From: Phoronis australis
Lineage: Eukaryota; Animalia; Phoronida
Assembly (NCBI GenBank): GCA_002633005.1
Contig: NMRA01000409.1
Span: 249,831-313,830 of the forward strand
Reading direction: 5' to 3'
Length of the DNA stretch: 64,000 bases
Position numbers and translations under genes: made by a program. Below the pieces are notes generated by a model that saw only the letters and a list, made by a program, of their open reading frames with translations, did not search any database and was not told the DNA's origin. Positions 38,001 to 48,360 of the stretch are shown here, one piece after another; positions within the stretch are counted from its first letter, which is position 1; every line of letters starts with the position of its first letter.

Positions 38001-41000
38001 CCTACAACAATCATGTTGGAGGACCTTCGGTCATTTAATTCGTTAGAAAAGCAAACTAATTTTAGTTATCTTTGAAATAACTTTTAATATGTAGTGCTGA
38101 TGTGCCCGCATGTCCAGCAGTTTTCAAAACAGTTCACAAATTCGCCGTCGAACTTAAGACGAAAACACCTATGGAAATAAGCCTCTTTAAATTTTGTCAA
38201 ATTTCAATAAAACAAAATACAGAGAACTACTAAGAGTGTGAATGAAACGTGCTTTGTTTTAAAAACCCAGGTTCGCTTTCGTAATAACATGCCCTGGATG
38301 ATGGCCTAAGAGTTATGATGTAGCCCATAATCCATCACACAACAGATGCCTGGTGACTGTGGCCCACATATAAACAAACAAAAACGTGACCTATTTTGGA
38401 GCCTCACTTGCAAAAGGTCATCATTCACCAATCCCAAAACAACAAAGTTCTAATGGAGCACAAATCTGTTTAGAACAAATACCCAAGTTTAACATGCGCC
38501 ATGGTGTATAACAATTGATCCCCACCAAGATCCATATATTGATTAGAGGAGGTATGAATCAGACATCTGTTACCAAGGAACAGTGAGAGGGGTCCCTACA
38601 CTTAGGATTACTGCAAGCGTTCACAATGCCAAATAACATAGCAGAGTGAGGTTAATGATTCATAAGAGTACCACATAATGCTACATTAAAAATGATTGCG
38701 TGTAATAGTCCCAGGTGGGGCGCCACCTGGAGGAAAATTTATATAAATTATGTACTGATACCATATAGGATATTTATTAAGGTTGCCGAAATGATACTCA
38801 TCTCAGTTTTCTTTAGTTTTTCCACGCTCAAAATAAAATTTGATCTCCTTTTAAATTAATTGAATTCATACAGAATTATTTCAAAAAATGTCTTAACAAC
38901 AAAGACAAACAGAAAGATTATTCTCTATTATATTTATGGTTTGTACAGCACTCACATAATGCATCAAAATACACGTTTTACACTTAAAGGCAGTAGTATA
39001 CCTTTGACAATATTGTGCTTGTACTGGGATGGACTTCACTGGGCCCAAAAACAAAGTCAGTTCTGGTATGTGTTGTTAATCCAGTCAGCGGTGGATCATG
39101 TTGCAGGCGAGCATAACTTTTTAGTCTTTGAGCGCAGGTCTCATAATGAGTCGTGGTTAAGATCAGAACCAACCACGGGGCCATTAAACATGGAATTTAA
39201 TCAAATTTATTGCCCACCCTCTAACATGGCGTTAATAATTCAATCGACATTGTACTGACACAACTTTTCATTTGCTTCGATTATTAATTTAACGACTGCT
39301 ACATACGACAATTTCGCAGTGACAACAGTCATCATTAGAAACTGGCAGAGTCAGTTTTTTTCTAATCAGTCTATACTATTTGTGTTTGTCTATACATTTT
39401 TCTGTTTTCATCACAGTCTAAGTAACAAAAGACGCTCTAATTTCCAAAGTTCGTTCAGAGAATTCAACAACTGCAGTCTGCTAGTGCTACAAAACTACTG
39501 AGGTAGAGGGCTTTGCCACGCTAATCAATTGATCACTGGATTGATCTGATATTGAGTGGCAATTAACAGGTGATTATGAATAATTGATAATCATAGACAA
39601 GAGTAATCCAACAGCCAATCAACAAAACATTTATGAACTTAGATGAACAGTAAATCATTGTTTGGTCATTTGAAAACAATTAAAACATGGGTCCAAGCCT
39701 CTTGTCTATGGGGACACATACATTTTCGGCTCTAAAATTCAGCCCTAGTTCAGTCCCTAAGACCAAAACGATACAGAAGACATATTAACTGATTGTTTCA
39801 GTATCAAAAAATTACAATAAATTCTGTAACAAGATAAAATAGAATTTAAACGTTTATTATATTCTGGAGTTTCAGTCATCCGCACAAGTTCATTTTCCCA
39901 AATGGTATTTTTCATCAACCCCTTAGCGTAAATCCCAAACAGAAGCGGGCAGCCCATATGCAGCCAGACGTAACTCAAGTCTGAGCAAAATTATTCAGCA
40001 ATATCTCCCCTTCGTAAGGATTACAAAATGTCTCAACATCCTCAAGTGGGGATTAATGACAGATGTTCTGAACAAACTAGCAACTTAGCAACACAAATAA
40101 ATTTTCTATGTTGATCATGTTTGTTAATGAAATCGACAAAATTCAATTTCCCCTGAAGGTCATAAGGTTAATATAAGACCTTATCCGAAACTCTGTACCT
40201 TTAGCCAATTTATCTACACAACTAATAAATATTCCCATTCAGCAAAAAAAAAATTTCTGAAAGAAATTTCATAGAATTTGATTTTTCATTTCATACCAAT
40301 CATACCAATCACTTATTGGGTAACATCCCCTCGCCTGTTTATAGAAAAATTTAACGATTAAAAAAGAAAAGTACATTCATAGCAAAATAACAGGATCAAT
40401 TACCTGACCAAACTCTGTGTGATATAAATCTTAAAGATAAAATGTCAAAAAATTAGAGCTCTACAGTTTTCCAAATCATTGTTTCCTTTTCATTCTATGC
40501 AAACTTCAAAAAAATCACAAAATCGGGATTGCCCCTCATGCAAAAGTGGAACATTTTAAAAGCAACAGGCTTTGGAGAACAGTGTAAGCTAATACCTGTG
40601 AATCTGATCAGCCAATTCTGAGAAAGGCTGTTCTAAAGTTGGCCTAAATTGAACATTTTCCAAGAGTCCTACATAGCCATAACTTAAAAATAAAAACAGA
40701 ACATGAGCACAGTATTCTGACCTCCCAAGAACAAGGCCAGAGAATTCTTTAATATCAATTCAAAGAGTTCAAGTGAGTCACTCAGAATATATAAAACATG
40801 CACTGCACCCAACATATTTCAACACATTACCCCACCATTTATATAAACATTCAATAAATCCTTTCAGCCCACCATTTACACAGGTACAATGCCATGACCA
40901 GAAAACAGCTGCATAATGTAAACACTTTCAAGTCTTTGTACAGTGGACAATGTGTTGATTTTAGCCACAGAGTGGGGAGAAATAGTACTAGGGTACCAGG

Positions 41001-44000
41001 AAGTAATGAAAGGTACATGACACTGTTTTGTCAAAGAACCCAAGCTTGAGCTGAGTTCCGTAGACGTAAGAATCTCGTGCAAGAAGCTAGTGTGTTCACG
41101 TACTTTGCCTGTAACACGTGTTGATATCTCGCGAAGTCCTGCATTTTTCGCATTTTTATGTCTACGGAACGCACACCTAGGGACTATTTCATGAAAAGTC
41201 ACTCAAGACTTCAGAGAGAAATTAGGTCTTACGCTCACATCCTACAATTGTTGATAAAGGTAATCACCAGCGCATCACAGTCTCTAGAAAAAATTTATAG
41301 AAATTATCTCAGTAACTAGCAGTTATGTGTAATTTCACTTAGAAACTTTGCGCTTTTGCTCAAGCCAGATTTTACCTTTTTTATAAATAACAGAGTGGAA
41401 TTCAGGGGCAAATTTCTGACTTAAGTCGCGAGTCACTTTTCATGAAACACGACTCCTGGTCTTAGTTCGCTACGTCAACTTTCTCAACAAAACCGAATAT
41501 CAACTACGGTAAAATTTCTTCAGTTTAGTACACAATCAAACACAGCAGGCATTTCATGTGATCACATTCTCCATGGATACAACTTTTGAGAAAATTTCAC
41601 GTCATGATCAGCACAGCTTGAACTTGCCCACAGCTGTCACCATCTCACATCTGGTGAAACACTTGAGAAGGAGAAAAATGGAAGTTTCAGCAGAAAGTGT
41701 TGTTCCACGCTGTAGATTTTTACCCTTAGCTAAATGTCTACTCTATTGTTAGCACAATTTCAACAGCTGTGAATCAATGTGAATCAACATACGGACAGTA
41801 AGACTTCCAATATTCACTATATCATATCCAACTTTTGAGAAATGGAAAAACAAACATTTTTAGCTATTACTTAAGAGCAAAACAGTGGAAGAGTCACCAA
41901 GGAAATTCCAAATGTCTGAAACATTGACCTAATAAAATCAAAAACAATGTCTCAGATAACAATACACACTTGAGACATGGCACCTAATGTATTCCTACAC
42001 TTAAAAGGCATTTCATACAACAAGGTCGAAAATGTAACACTAAATGTCAAGCCAATCAGGAAAGAACATGTATCATTTTTTGTATTATCAAATTTCATGA
42101 CGACAAAATTGTCAACATCCCTAATTTAGGCGGCGGGCTCATAATCTTTATTGAATCCTCCTCAAGAAAGGCCACCAGGGAAACGACATACAATATATAC
42201 CATTTTGGAATTTCAAAGACCCGCAAGCATGTGATTGTTAAGAGACTGGTGTTAGGCTACATGTGACTATATCAGATTTCTAACAGTTCTATATTGATCC
42301 TGGTTTAATGACTGGACATGTTTCCAGGCGAATACTTAAACACAGTAACTTGACTGACGCAGACTATAGAATGAACAGCAGGTAATCACAGGATCCGTGG
42401 ATGATCTTTTATGGGAAAACGATACCGTTATCAAACCGCTAATAGGAGACTGTTTACCTTCTTATGAGACTGACAGGATAAAGGAATGATTTACACAAGG
42501 CAATTTCTATTATGTACACAGTGATTAACTAAAGTCACTGGCTTACCAATTTACAGTCCATTACGACAACTTCAAGTTCAAAATTTCAATTCTGTGTACA
42601 AAATATATACCTTTGAGAAACTCTCAAACTTAAGAGAGTGCCAAAGTATTTTATGGATCTCAAAAGTGGAGCAAGCGCAAGTTTTATTCACCAGGTGTTG
42701 CTAATTCTGGGCACTGCACATTTTGTTACAATTTTTTGAGTTTTTGATTCCTAACAGACCACCAATTGTAATTTGAAATGATTCAAGACGAGTTCTGACC
42801 ATGAGTGAATGAACCTCTTTTTCCAGGAAAGCAACAAAGAATTGATCCATTGGACAACATCAAACAAACAACTTCAGTAGCTCTCCTAGTGTAACAGTAT
42901 AGATCCAAGTTGTAAACCCTCGTCATACAACAGTTATTATTATTATTATTATTATTATTAAAATTATTATTACTATTATAATTATTATCATTAATGTAAT
43001 ATTTACAATGAGGGTAGTCCTATCAGCTCACATTGCTTTTTCACTGTCACCAGTAACATCATGAGTACTTACATGTTACTATTAAAATAAATGAACACTC
43101 GACCTAACTTGTGGCCCATAGGATTTGCCTAGAAAATTCACACAATATTTGACGCGATTTTGTTGTGGGAATCATGATTTAGCTGTCGAAACTAGCAGCC
43201 ATAACTCTGTTACCCATTCCGAACACGTGTGCCTTTTCTCTTCAAATAACATCGAAGGTGAATATCATTTTATACTTGTACGCCCACCATTTCATGATCT
43301 GAGAGTAAATTTATGCAGGAAAAACATTGGAGCAGTCGCAACGTCAACAAATTTATTAGTTTAATGAAAAACCCTGACAAAGGCGTTCTTAGTTTCATTT
43401 ACCATTATGTAAGAGATCTACATTACATAAAGAAATTTTCTGCCTCTCTAATATTTTAACTTTTTAATTGAAGTAATTGTACTCTAGGCCTATGGCCTTC
43501 AATACTAGTAATAAACACTACGTGTAACCAATACAAATTTTAAGAAGTTTCACTCACGTGCACATTCGTACGGATGTGGTCCCCCAGGGGTGGTCCTCTT
43601 GTAGAAATTTTCCAGGCATTTGTTGCACTTGTCCCCCGTGGTGTTACCACGGCAACCCTGGCATACGCCGTGTTTCTTGACCGAGTCGTAGACACAGGAG
43701 TCCGAATAGCCACCACAACCACAGTCTTGAATACAAGAAATATCATATTCAATGGCACGAAATAACTGAAATTTACTCATGACCACAAAACTTTACACAC
43801 CCATTTCACACTGATCAGATAAACAAGGTTCGCCATGTGCTGTTCCAACAGGGCATTGCACTCCCTTGTAAATTTTCTTTGGAAACATTCGGAGAGTTGA
43901 CATCATGTTAAGCATCGAGCCTCGCGCCCTCATTTAATTTTGGGAAGAAGAGAACCTAGACTGTACAAGACAAAGCAGTCTCTCAAACTACATTTTAAAT

Positions 44001-47000
44001 CGCACTTTCGTGATTTATGGCATGCATAGCAAAATTTCATCAATCTCAGATGAAAGAACTGCCAAAATTGATCTTTTTACATTTTCCAAAGGTTTGAACT
44101 AACATTTGGGGGACTAGCGAAGGTATAGCACTAAACATTAAATCATAATGATTGTAAATTTTACTTTTGATGATATTTAGTTTGTAAAGATGAAACAAAA
44201 TAAATTTAATCCATCCGCCATGGTGTGCCGTAATCGGTGAGATTTTATGGAATATAATTAGCAACAGATTGGACAAGAATTTCTCTACAAATGTCATGAA
44301 ATTGATGTTACATTGGAAGCCGTTTAGGACGGCAGCGCATGTCACTTCATTAAAACCCAAATTGATTAGAAAAATTCCACAACCGTTACCTTCGCATGGA
44401 ACGTTGATTTGCCACTCTTGGTTGTTATACAGCGGCTTGCACCGTTCGCACTGCGCTCCCTGAGTGTTGTGAAGACAGTTACACACTTGGTCGTTCTACA
44501 AAACAAACAAACAACGCATACCGTCACAGCGATCGTATGACCTTGCTAGGTGTAGGGCCAAACAGCCACGATTACTATGTCTATTTGTCAGAGAGAAAAA
44601 CCATTTGACATAAACATTATCGTTGAAAACCACGCTTCAGTTCGCATTTTGGAGTGGATACCTTTGCTCTGCCTTTTTAACACAGAAAAGTTGTTCCCGC
44701 TCCGTGTGATAAAAGAATGAAACGAATGGAATTCATTGGCAGACTCAACGGAGAAACTTGGAGCCGCTATGCTGGTTTATTCCCATCCTAGTTTGCAATG
44801 GCAGCTTGACCTAATAAACGCTACCAAGGTATGTGATACACCTTATTGTTAGAGGTTTCACAATTCCAAAACCATCTAACACAGGCACTCATATAGCAGA
44901 TTAAAGACAAATGTCAAAGCCTGAAAATGACAGTTTTGATTTTTAAAATAAATAATTCAGAACAATAATTATGTTTACATGAGGATAAGCCTAATATGAT
45001 ACAACATAGGGCTGAAATAAAATGGAATATATCAGTTTTTAAGCCAAAATGGTGGAAATCCAGGCGCAGAAAAAATCTGCAACTTTTCAGGCACAAAAAG
45101 GAATGAGTGGAAATTCCCTTTTTAAAATGGAAAGTGATCTATATACAAATGTGAATAAAATATTATATTAGTTAATATAATTTGAGTGTGTGAATGACTG
45201 CATGAACGTCCTTTCCCATCCCCTTTCTGCAAATCATGACGATTGTAAAGTTATGTAGGTGAGGGCTACCCAATTCCAGCCATATTCTCTAAATGATTTC
45301 TGGGTAAATAAATGTAAGATTTTAAAAAAACGAAACAGCATAGTTACTCATGAGATGTCATAATATTTGATGCAAATACTTTTTGGGATTTTTCCGCGTA
45401 TGAACCATCAACTCAAAGTCATACAAGCTGAAAAAAAGATGAAGCCTGAAATTTTGACAAATCCATTTAGTGAGTTCAAGGCCACTTGCATATTTACAGG
45501 CTCCAATTGGAAAATATTGGAGAAAGCAAAGACGTACTCAAAGACGAACTCTCAATTTACTAAATAAGAGAAAAAAACTTACATCACCAGAGCAGTTGCT
45601 GGAATGGCCAAAACAGGAACAACGAGCCTTCACGTCAATATCCGTCACAGCGTAATAAGAAGTGAGTGGTTTGTCATGAGAGGACGCTACCAGGTTCACA
45701 CGTAACACGGACATGGTGAACTCCTCTTGGACGTCAGCTGAGACTTCAGAGACTTCGCTGAACGGCGAATAGTAAACCTGAAGAAAATGGGGGATAAAGA
45801 TAAGGTTCTAAACACTGAATTCATAACACAACTGTTTTATGCATTACTGTGACCTGTTTGGCAGCACTTGCAACATATAAAGAATGACTCATGACCCATT
45901 TGAAAGAATAGCGACCAGTTTGGAAATGGGCGTTGTCATCTTTAAGAAAGGCTTTACTGTTTTAAACTAGACTCAGCAACTACTGGCCGCAGCCCATTGA
46001 CACTGAATAAAGGCAAAATGGATTCTAACTATGCCACCGCTCGATTCCGCCATATTTTTTGGCATTCATTTGCTCATTTTCAACAGGTTTGGGTTTTCAG
46101 TTGGATAATGTACACTATAAGACACGAATATACAGTAACATCCAAAAATTGTTTTCAAAAGATGTAATTACACCATACAACATAGACATGAACTTTGATA
46201 TCAAATTCATCAACAAAATTAAATTTTAAGTAACGTTGAGTACGCAGTAAGAGTTACTACTGAAGTGATAATTTAACAACTCTTGACCGATTGCAGCAAA
46301 GACTTATTATGCTAATTTATGAAATGATTTTGAAAAGTATGTATGGTGAACCTCCAACATTTCTAACAAACATATTGCTTAGATCGCTACTAGTACAGAA
46401 CTAGTATTTCATATTTCAAAGGATTCTAAACAGTGTCATGCATACCCACAATTTCTCAAGAAATTGCCTGAGGTTGTTTAGAAGCTACGGTGCAGAATGT
46501 AAAATGATTCGTCAGCATTTATTTGGTGTTATCGTTTTGATAAAGTGAAGAGATAATATTTGACTGGAGTGCCACATCTTGCCTAAGATGGCGGGATTTT
46601 ATCGAAGGGCGTGTTTTAAGTTAAATATCGCTTTGTATACATACCGTTATTCCGTCAGGATTATAGGTGTCGCCACTGTAGTATCTCTCCTCACAGATTA
46701 GTATGTCAGGTCCGAAATCTTCCGAACTCTTTGGTACGGGAACACCAGGAAAATAAGACGTGCAGTTTTCACTATAGTAGCGCAGGGGTGTACAGTCTGT
46801 GGCATTATATAAGGAGCACTTCTCGAACGCAATGGCTCTTGGTCGCATGTCAATCAAATCTGGCAATGTCGGAGCAAAAAATTTGAGCGTAATACTGTCG
46901 AACAAAAAACTGTCGGTCATATTTACAATCATCCACTGAGCTTGCGACTTCTCTAGCGTCCTCGACTGCCAATAGGTGTCAGTCTTGCCAAGAGTGATTA

Positions 47001-47370
47001 GATTCCCCGCTATGTTTATTATGTTGATGTCTCGTGCATATTGACTAGAATGATTTCCCGCGTAGCATGTATAATCCACGAGAAGTTCAGGAAATTGATA
47101 GATAGTGGGCGTCGGATCCCCACAGGTGGAGCTAACGTCTAAGGTCCTTAGATTAGGACGCGTGTGTAACATGGACTGAGAGTCTGGGTAACAGCCCTGC
47201 TCCGGAATTTTAGAACATGCTGCTTCCACACGTAAGCACAACATAGACGTGACAATCAAACATGTGAAAAACTGTCTAAGGAAACTCCCACTTAGGACCA
47301 TATTTGGTCCTAGAACACGCACTCTTAAGGCCATATTAGGTCTTGGGATGCACTCTTCTCTTAAGGCCAT
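7916..47370 (-). CDS. Laminin chain, beta/gamma-like hybrid (SP-LN-LEx5-LF-LEx4-split LE/L4-LEx6-coiled coil), 31 coding exons, about 2095 aa
   Basis: All 31 exons join at GT-AG sites with consistent phase (6288 nt including stop). LN motifs ([32 protein letters not shown]), 16 laminin-EGF modules, LF motifs ([21 protein letters not shown]), L4 motifs ([22 protein letters not shown]), beta-type [16 protein letters not shown] junction, long Ala/Gln/Asn-rich coil, terminal Cys. Confidence 0.93.
8465..8548. repeat. 27-bp minisatellite x3
   Basis: Unit ATTAGCCCCAACACCCACACAGGGTGC. Confidence 0.9.
9553..9736 (-). CDS. Laminin exon 30: coiled coil
   Basis: [15 protein letters not shown]...EPGVGTLS; phase 0-1. 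Confidence 0.87.
10330..10506 (-). CDS. Duplicate (probably allelic) copy of laminin exon 29
   Basis: [12 protein letters not shown]...VNEAEK; lies inside the 9791-10630 block duplicated across the N at 10631. Confidence 0.45.
11167..11343 (-). CDS. Laminin exon 29: coiled coil (second copy at 10330-10506)
   Basis: [12 protein letters not shown]...VNEAEK, phase 0-0. Confidence 0.85.
11810..12232 (-). CDS. Laminin exon 28: coiled coil
   Basis: [11 protein letters not shown]...INAIIKT, 141 codons. Confidence 0.88.
12649..13275 (-). CDS. Laminin exon 27: coiled coil
   Basis: 209 open codons, [17 protein letters not shown]...AEVYK. Confidence 0.88.
13695..13828 (-). CDS. Laminin exon 26: coiled coil
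   Basis: [20 protein letters not shown]...EGYDQ; weak donor GTCGGG. Confidence 0.8.
14143..14265 (-). CDS. Laminin exon 25: LE to coiled-coil junction
   Basis: [23 protein letters not shown] matches the beta-chain pattern FPxCxxCxxCFxxW. Confidence 0.88.
14356..15812 (+). mobile_element. Non-autonomous Helentron-like (HINE/DINE-type) element with internal degenerate tandem repeats
   Basis: Starts CAAGAG...AATGTGCCCAC; ends in the hairpin TATGCGCCCACAT-ATAAAT-ATGTGGGTGCATA (15781-15812), whose arm matches the 5' subterminal motif; internal recurring blocks (GCCACTAGGNGGC, CAAATTTTATGAAAAT, CCTTTGAAGATA). Confidence 0.6.
16555..16677 (-). CDS. Laminin exon 24: LE16
   Basis: [40 protein letters not shown]. 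Confidence 0.9.
17553..17649 (-). CDS. Laminin exon 23: LE15
   Basis: [32 protein letters not shown]. Confidence 0.9.
18631..18824 (-). CDS. Laminin exon 22: LE14-LE15
   Basis: [34 protein letters not shown]...[19 protein letters not shown]. Confidence 0.9.
19461..19626 (-). CDS. Laminin exon 21: LE13
   Basis: [55 protein letters not shown]. Confidence 0.9.
19856..20257 (-). CDS. Laminin exon 20: LE10-LE12
   Basis: [13 protein letters not shown]...CDCNGHG...[36 protein letters not shown]...; this frame is not in the ORF track. Confidence 0.9.
20909..21031 (-). CDS. Laminin exon 19: end of L4, second half of LE10
   Basis: [16 protein letters not shown]...[11 protein letters not shown]. Confidence 0.9.
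21773..21895 (-). CDS. Laminin exon 18: L4 domain
   Basis: FTLREDDW...[19 protein letters not shown]. Confidence 0.9.
22066..22318 (-). CDS. Laminin exon 17: L4 domain
   Basis: [26 protein letters not shown]...GDVVIRG. Confidence 0.9.
23067..23307 (-). CDS. Laminin exon 16: first half of split LE10 and start of L4
   Basis: [29 protein letters not shown], the typical entry into an L4 domain. Confidence 0.9.
24360..24452 (+). promoter_or_regulatory. Probable promoter and non-coding first exon of the nested gene
   Basis: TACTTAAA at about 24393; Inr-like TCAGTT at 24412; CAG|GTAAGT donor at 24446/24447; matching acceptor at 24809 just before the ATG; several GATA motifs nearby. Confidence 0.45.
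24821..24982 (+). CDS. Nested gene exon: signal peptide, CNC, 7 Gly-X-Y
   Basis: [54 protein letters not shown]|GTAAGT. Confidence 0.9.
24821..28868 (+). CDS. Nested secreted short collagen-domain protein (collectin-like layout) with uncharacterised Cys-rich C-terminal domain, 254 aa
   Basis: Exons 24821-24982, 25854-25971, 26282-26383, 28126-28327, 28688-28868 splice in frame (765 nt) with GTAAGT/GTGAGT donors. Signal peptide, CNC, 18 uninterrupted Gly-X-Y triplets, heptad neck, head ending [10 protein letters not shown]. Confidence 0.88.
25854..25971 (+). CDS. Nested gene exon: 11 Gly-X-Y
   Basis: [39 protein letters not shown]|GTGAGT. Confidence 0.9.
26282..26383 (+). CDS. Nested gene exon: coiled-coil neck
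   Basis: [34 protein letters not shown]; phase 1-1; donor GTAAGT. Confidence 0.82.
27726..28125. repeat. Highly degenerate 34-35-bp minisatellite, about 12 units
   Basis: Recurring CATAAYCTNCCCCTT...CAGGG units. Confidence 0.55.
28126..28327 (+). CDS. Nested gene exon: head domain, part 1
   Basis: [49 protein letters not shown]...YVDPN; phase 1-2. Confidence 0.85.
28688..28868 (+). CDS. Nested gene terminal exon: head domain, part 2
   Basis: [16 protein letters not shown]...[30 protein letters not shown]-stop. Confidence 0.85.
29301..29443 (-). CDS. Laminin exon 15: LE9
   Basis: [47 protein letters not shown]; phase 2-1. Confidence 0.9.
30443..30569 (-). CDS. Laminin exon 14: LE8
   Basis: [43 protein letters not shown]; phase 1-2. 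Confidence 0.9.
30959..31087 (-). CDS. Laminin exon 13: LE7
   Basis: [42 protein letters not shown]. Confidence 0.9.
31986..32132 (-). CDS. Laminin exon 12: LE6
   Basis: [48 protein letters not shown]; a partial second copy lies at 32437-32571. Confidence 0.9.
31998..32874. repeat. Tandem 438-bp near-identical duplication across a single N (32436)
   Basis: 31998-32435 versus 32437-32874; both ends fall inside exons. Confidence 0.9.
32775..32964 (-). CDS. Laminin exon 11: end of LF
   Basis: [13 protein letters not shown]...EKCHSL...[20 protein letters not shown]. Confidence 0.87.
33347..33432 (-). CDS. Laminin exon 10: LF domain
   Basis: [29 protein letters not shown]; phase 1-0. Confidence 0.87.
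34034..34148 (-). CDS. Laminin exon 9: LF domain
   Basis: [38 protein letters not shown]; phase 0-1. Confidence 0.8.
34531..34680. repeat. 150-bp imperfect fold-back palindrome
   Basis: AGGTGATTTCTGAGCT...TTAGACCAGGCTCATAGA pairs with TTTATGAACCTGGTCTAA...AGCTCCGAAATCACCT. Confidence 0.8.
34703..34843 (-). CDS. Laminin exon 8: LF domain
   Basis: [23 protein letters not shown]...YDAVFRME resembles the beta-chain WTGxGFVR motif. Confidence 0.87.
35866..36081 (-). CDS. Laminin exon 7: truncated LE5 and start of LF
   Basis: [22 protein letters not shown]...[15 protein letters not shown]. Confidence 0.9.
36623..36735 (-). CDS. Laminin exon 6: LE4
   Basis: [37 protein letters not shown]; not in the ORF track. 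Confidence 0.88.
37104..37265 (-). CDS. Laminin exon 5: LE3
   Basis: CDCSIQGT...[29 protein letters not shown]. Confidence 0.9.
41052..41173. mobile_element. Short MITE-like element
   Basis: Inverted ends TGAGTTCCGTAGACGTAA / TTATGTCTACGGAACGCA. Confidence 0.5.
41180..41456. mobile_element. MITE
   Basis: TIR core TTTCATGAAAAGTCACTC / GAGTCACTTTTCATGAAA; a related single end lies at about 63322. Confidence 0.6.
42934..42993. repeat. (ATT)n microsatellite
   Basis: Seen directly. Confidence 0.9.
43120..43516 (+). mobile_element. 3' remnant of a LINE ORF2
   Basis: [15 protein letters not shown]...HVCLF...[18 protein letters not shown] resembles the C-terminal Cys/His region of L2/CR1-group ORF2; ends in AATAAA. 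Confidence 0.7.
43558..43725 (-). CDS. Laminin exon 4: LE2
   Basis: [10 protein letters not shown]...[19 protein letters not shown]...ECA; phase 1-1. Confidence 0.9.
44390..44495 (-). CDS. Laminin exon 3: LE1
   Basis: [35 protein letters not shown]. Confidence 0.9.
45583..45777 (-). CDS. Laminin exon 2: end of LN, start of LE1
   Basis: VYYSPFSE...[26 protein letters not shown]; AG/GTAAG flanks. Confidence 0.9.
46645..47370 (-). CDS. Laminin coding exon 1: signal peptide and most of the LN domain
   Basis: ORF 46621..47370; acceptor tttcag before 47401; donor GTATGT at 46644; phase 0. Confidence 0.9.
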
Positions 47371-47588
47371 AGTTGGTTGTTGTCTTTGGCTAAAGCACTA
47401 GCTGAAATGAAAACACAATAGAATGATAAGCTTAGATATTAAAAAAAACAATCAAACACTGTATCATTCGGACATTTGTCTGTTTATCATGTTGTTTATC
47501 ATGTTGTTTATCATTGAACGAGACTTATATTTTCAACAACAAGGACCTTCAAAGATTATGCTATATGTTCTTTAGGTCCCGGCAACTG

Positions 47589-47658
47589 GGCATTTTCACA
47601 CTGCTCGTGTCGGGGGATATGACGTCATATCCCCTGGCGCAAACAGTGTAAAAATGTC
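47589..47658. repeat. 70-bp palindrome centred on TGACGTCA
   Basis: Perfect core GGGGATATGACGTCATATCCCC with imperfect outer arms. Confidence 0.85.
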
Positions 47659-48207
47659 TAATCAAGGATTTGGGTAACTGAAGGAAGGACTGCTCGAAAA
47701 AAGTTTGATTATGGGAGCATGTGTTCGAGTTGGAAGGAAATAAAGAGTTTTAACTCCTAAAGTGTCTCTATGTGCAAAATGCTGCAAAAGGTACCTATAG
47801 CAATTAATGTGACTTTGATAGTTTAATCAGTCTGAGGCGTAATTCGCTGTAAAGCTTCCGGCATATGAAGCCGTTCCCGCTAAGTAAGTGGGCAGATGTC
47901 AAATCTGGTGGGCAAAATTTACAAATGCAGGCACGACGGCGGGCTAATTACATCCCAACAATTAGGGCTTATCTTCGGGAGAGTATACGCTTTCAAAGCT
48001 CGCCAACAACACCGCATTCTGACACTTGACGAGAAACTTAATTATTTTGTACTAACTGGTTTTTAGTAGTGAGGTAATTGCCATGGTTTGTATGTGCACA
48101 AATTTTCAATCTCACGCAAAATTTCAAATTGTTGCAATATGTGCCTCGACGGGCAATACCACTATCCTGGCTAATCACTGTTAATATCCTGGTGTGAAGG
48201 GCTTATG

Positions 48208-48360
48208 CAGTGGCGGATTTAGAGGGGGTCCACGGGGGCCATCCCCCCTAAAATTCTGCATTCTCCGTTTGGCAGTTCGGGGGTGCGAATGTTTAACGGG
48301 CAAAATCCTGGCTAAGATTCTGCCCTGGCCCACCAATTCAAAATCCTGGATCCACCACTG
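48208..48360. mobile_element. Short hAT-like MITE
   Basis: CAGTGGCGGAT ... ATCCACCACTG termini; related ends at 51497 and about 52324. Confidence 0.6.

Noticed and set aside
37266-43557. Second nested gene in the 6.3-kb laminin intron (ORFs 38860-39258, 40876-41202)
   Set aside because: No recognisable domains or consistent splice chain; the ORFs overlap MITEs or AT-rich sequence.
46621-47370. Netrin or usherin instead of laminin
   Set aside because: The LN exon splices in frame to 16 LE modules, LF, L4 and a coiled coil; there are no NTR/C345C, FN3 or LG domains.
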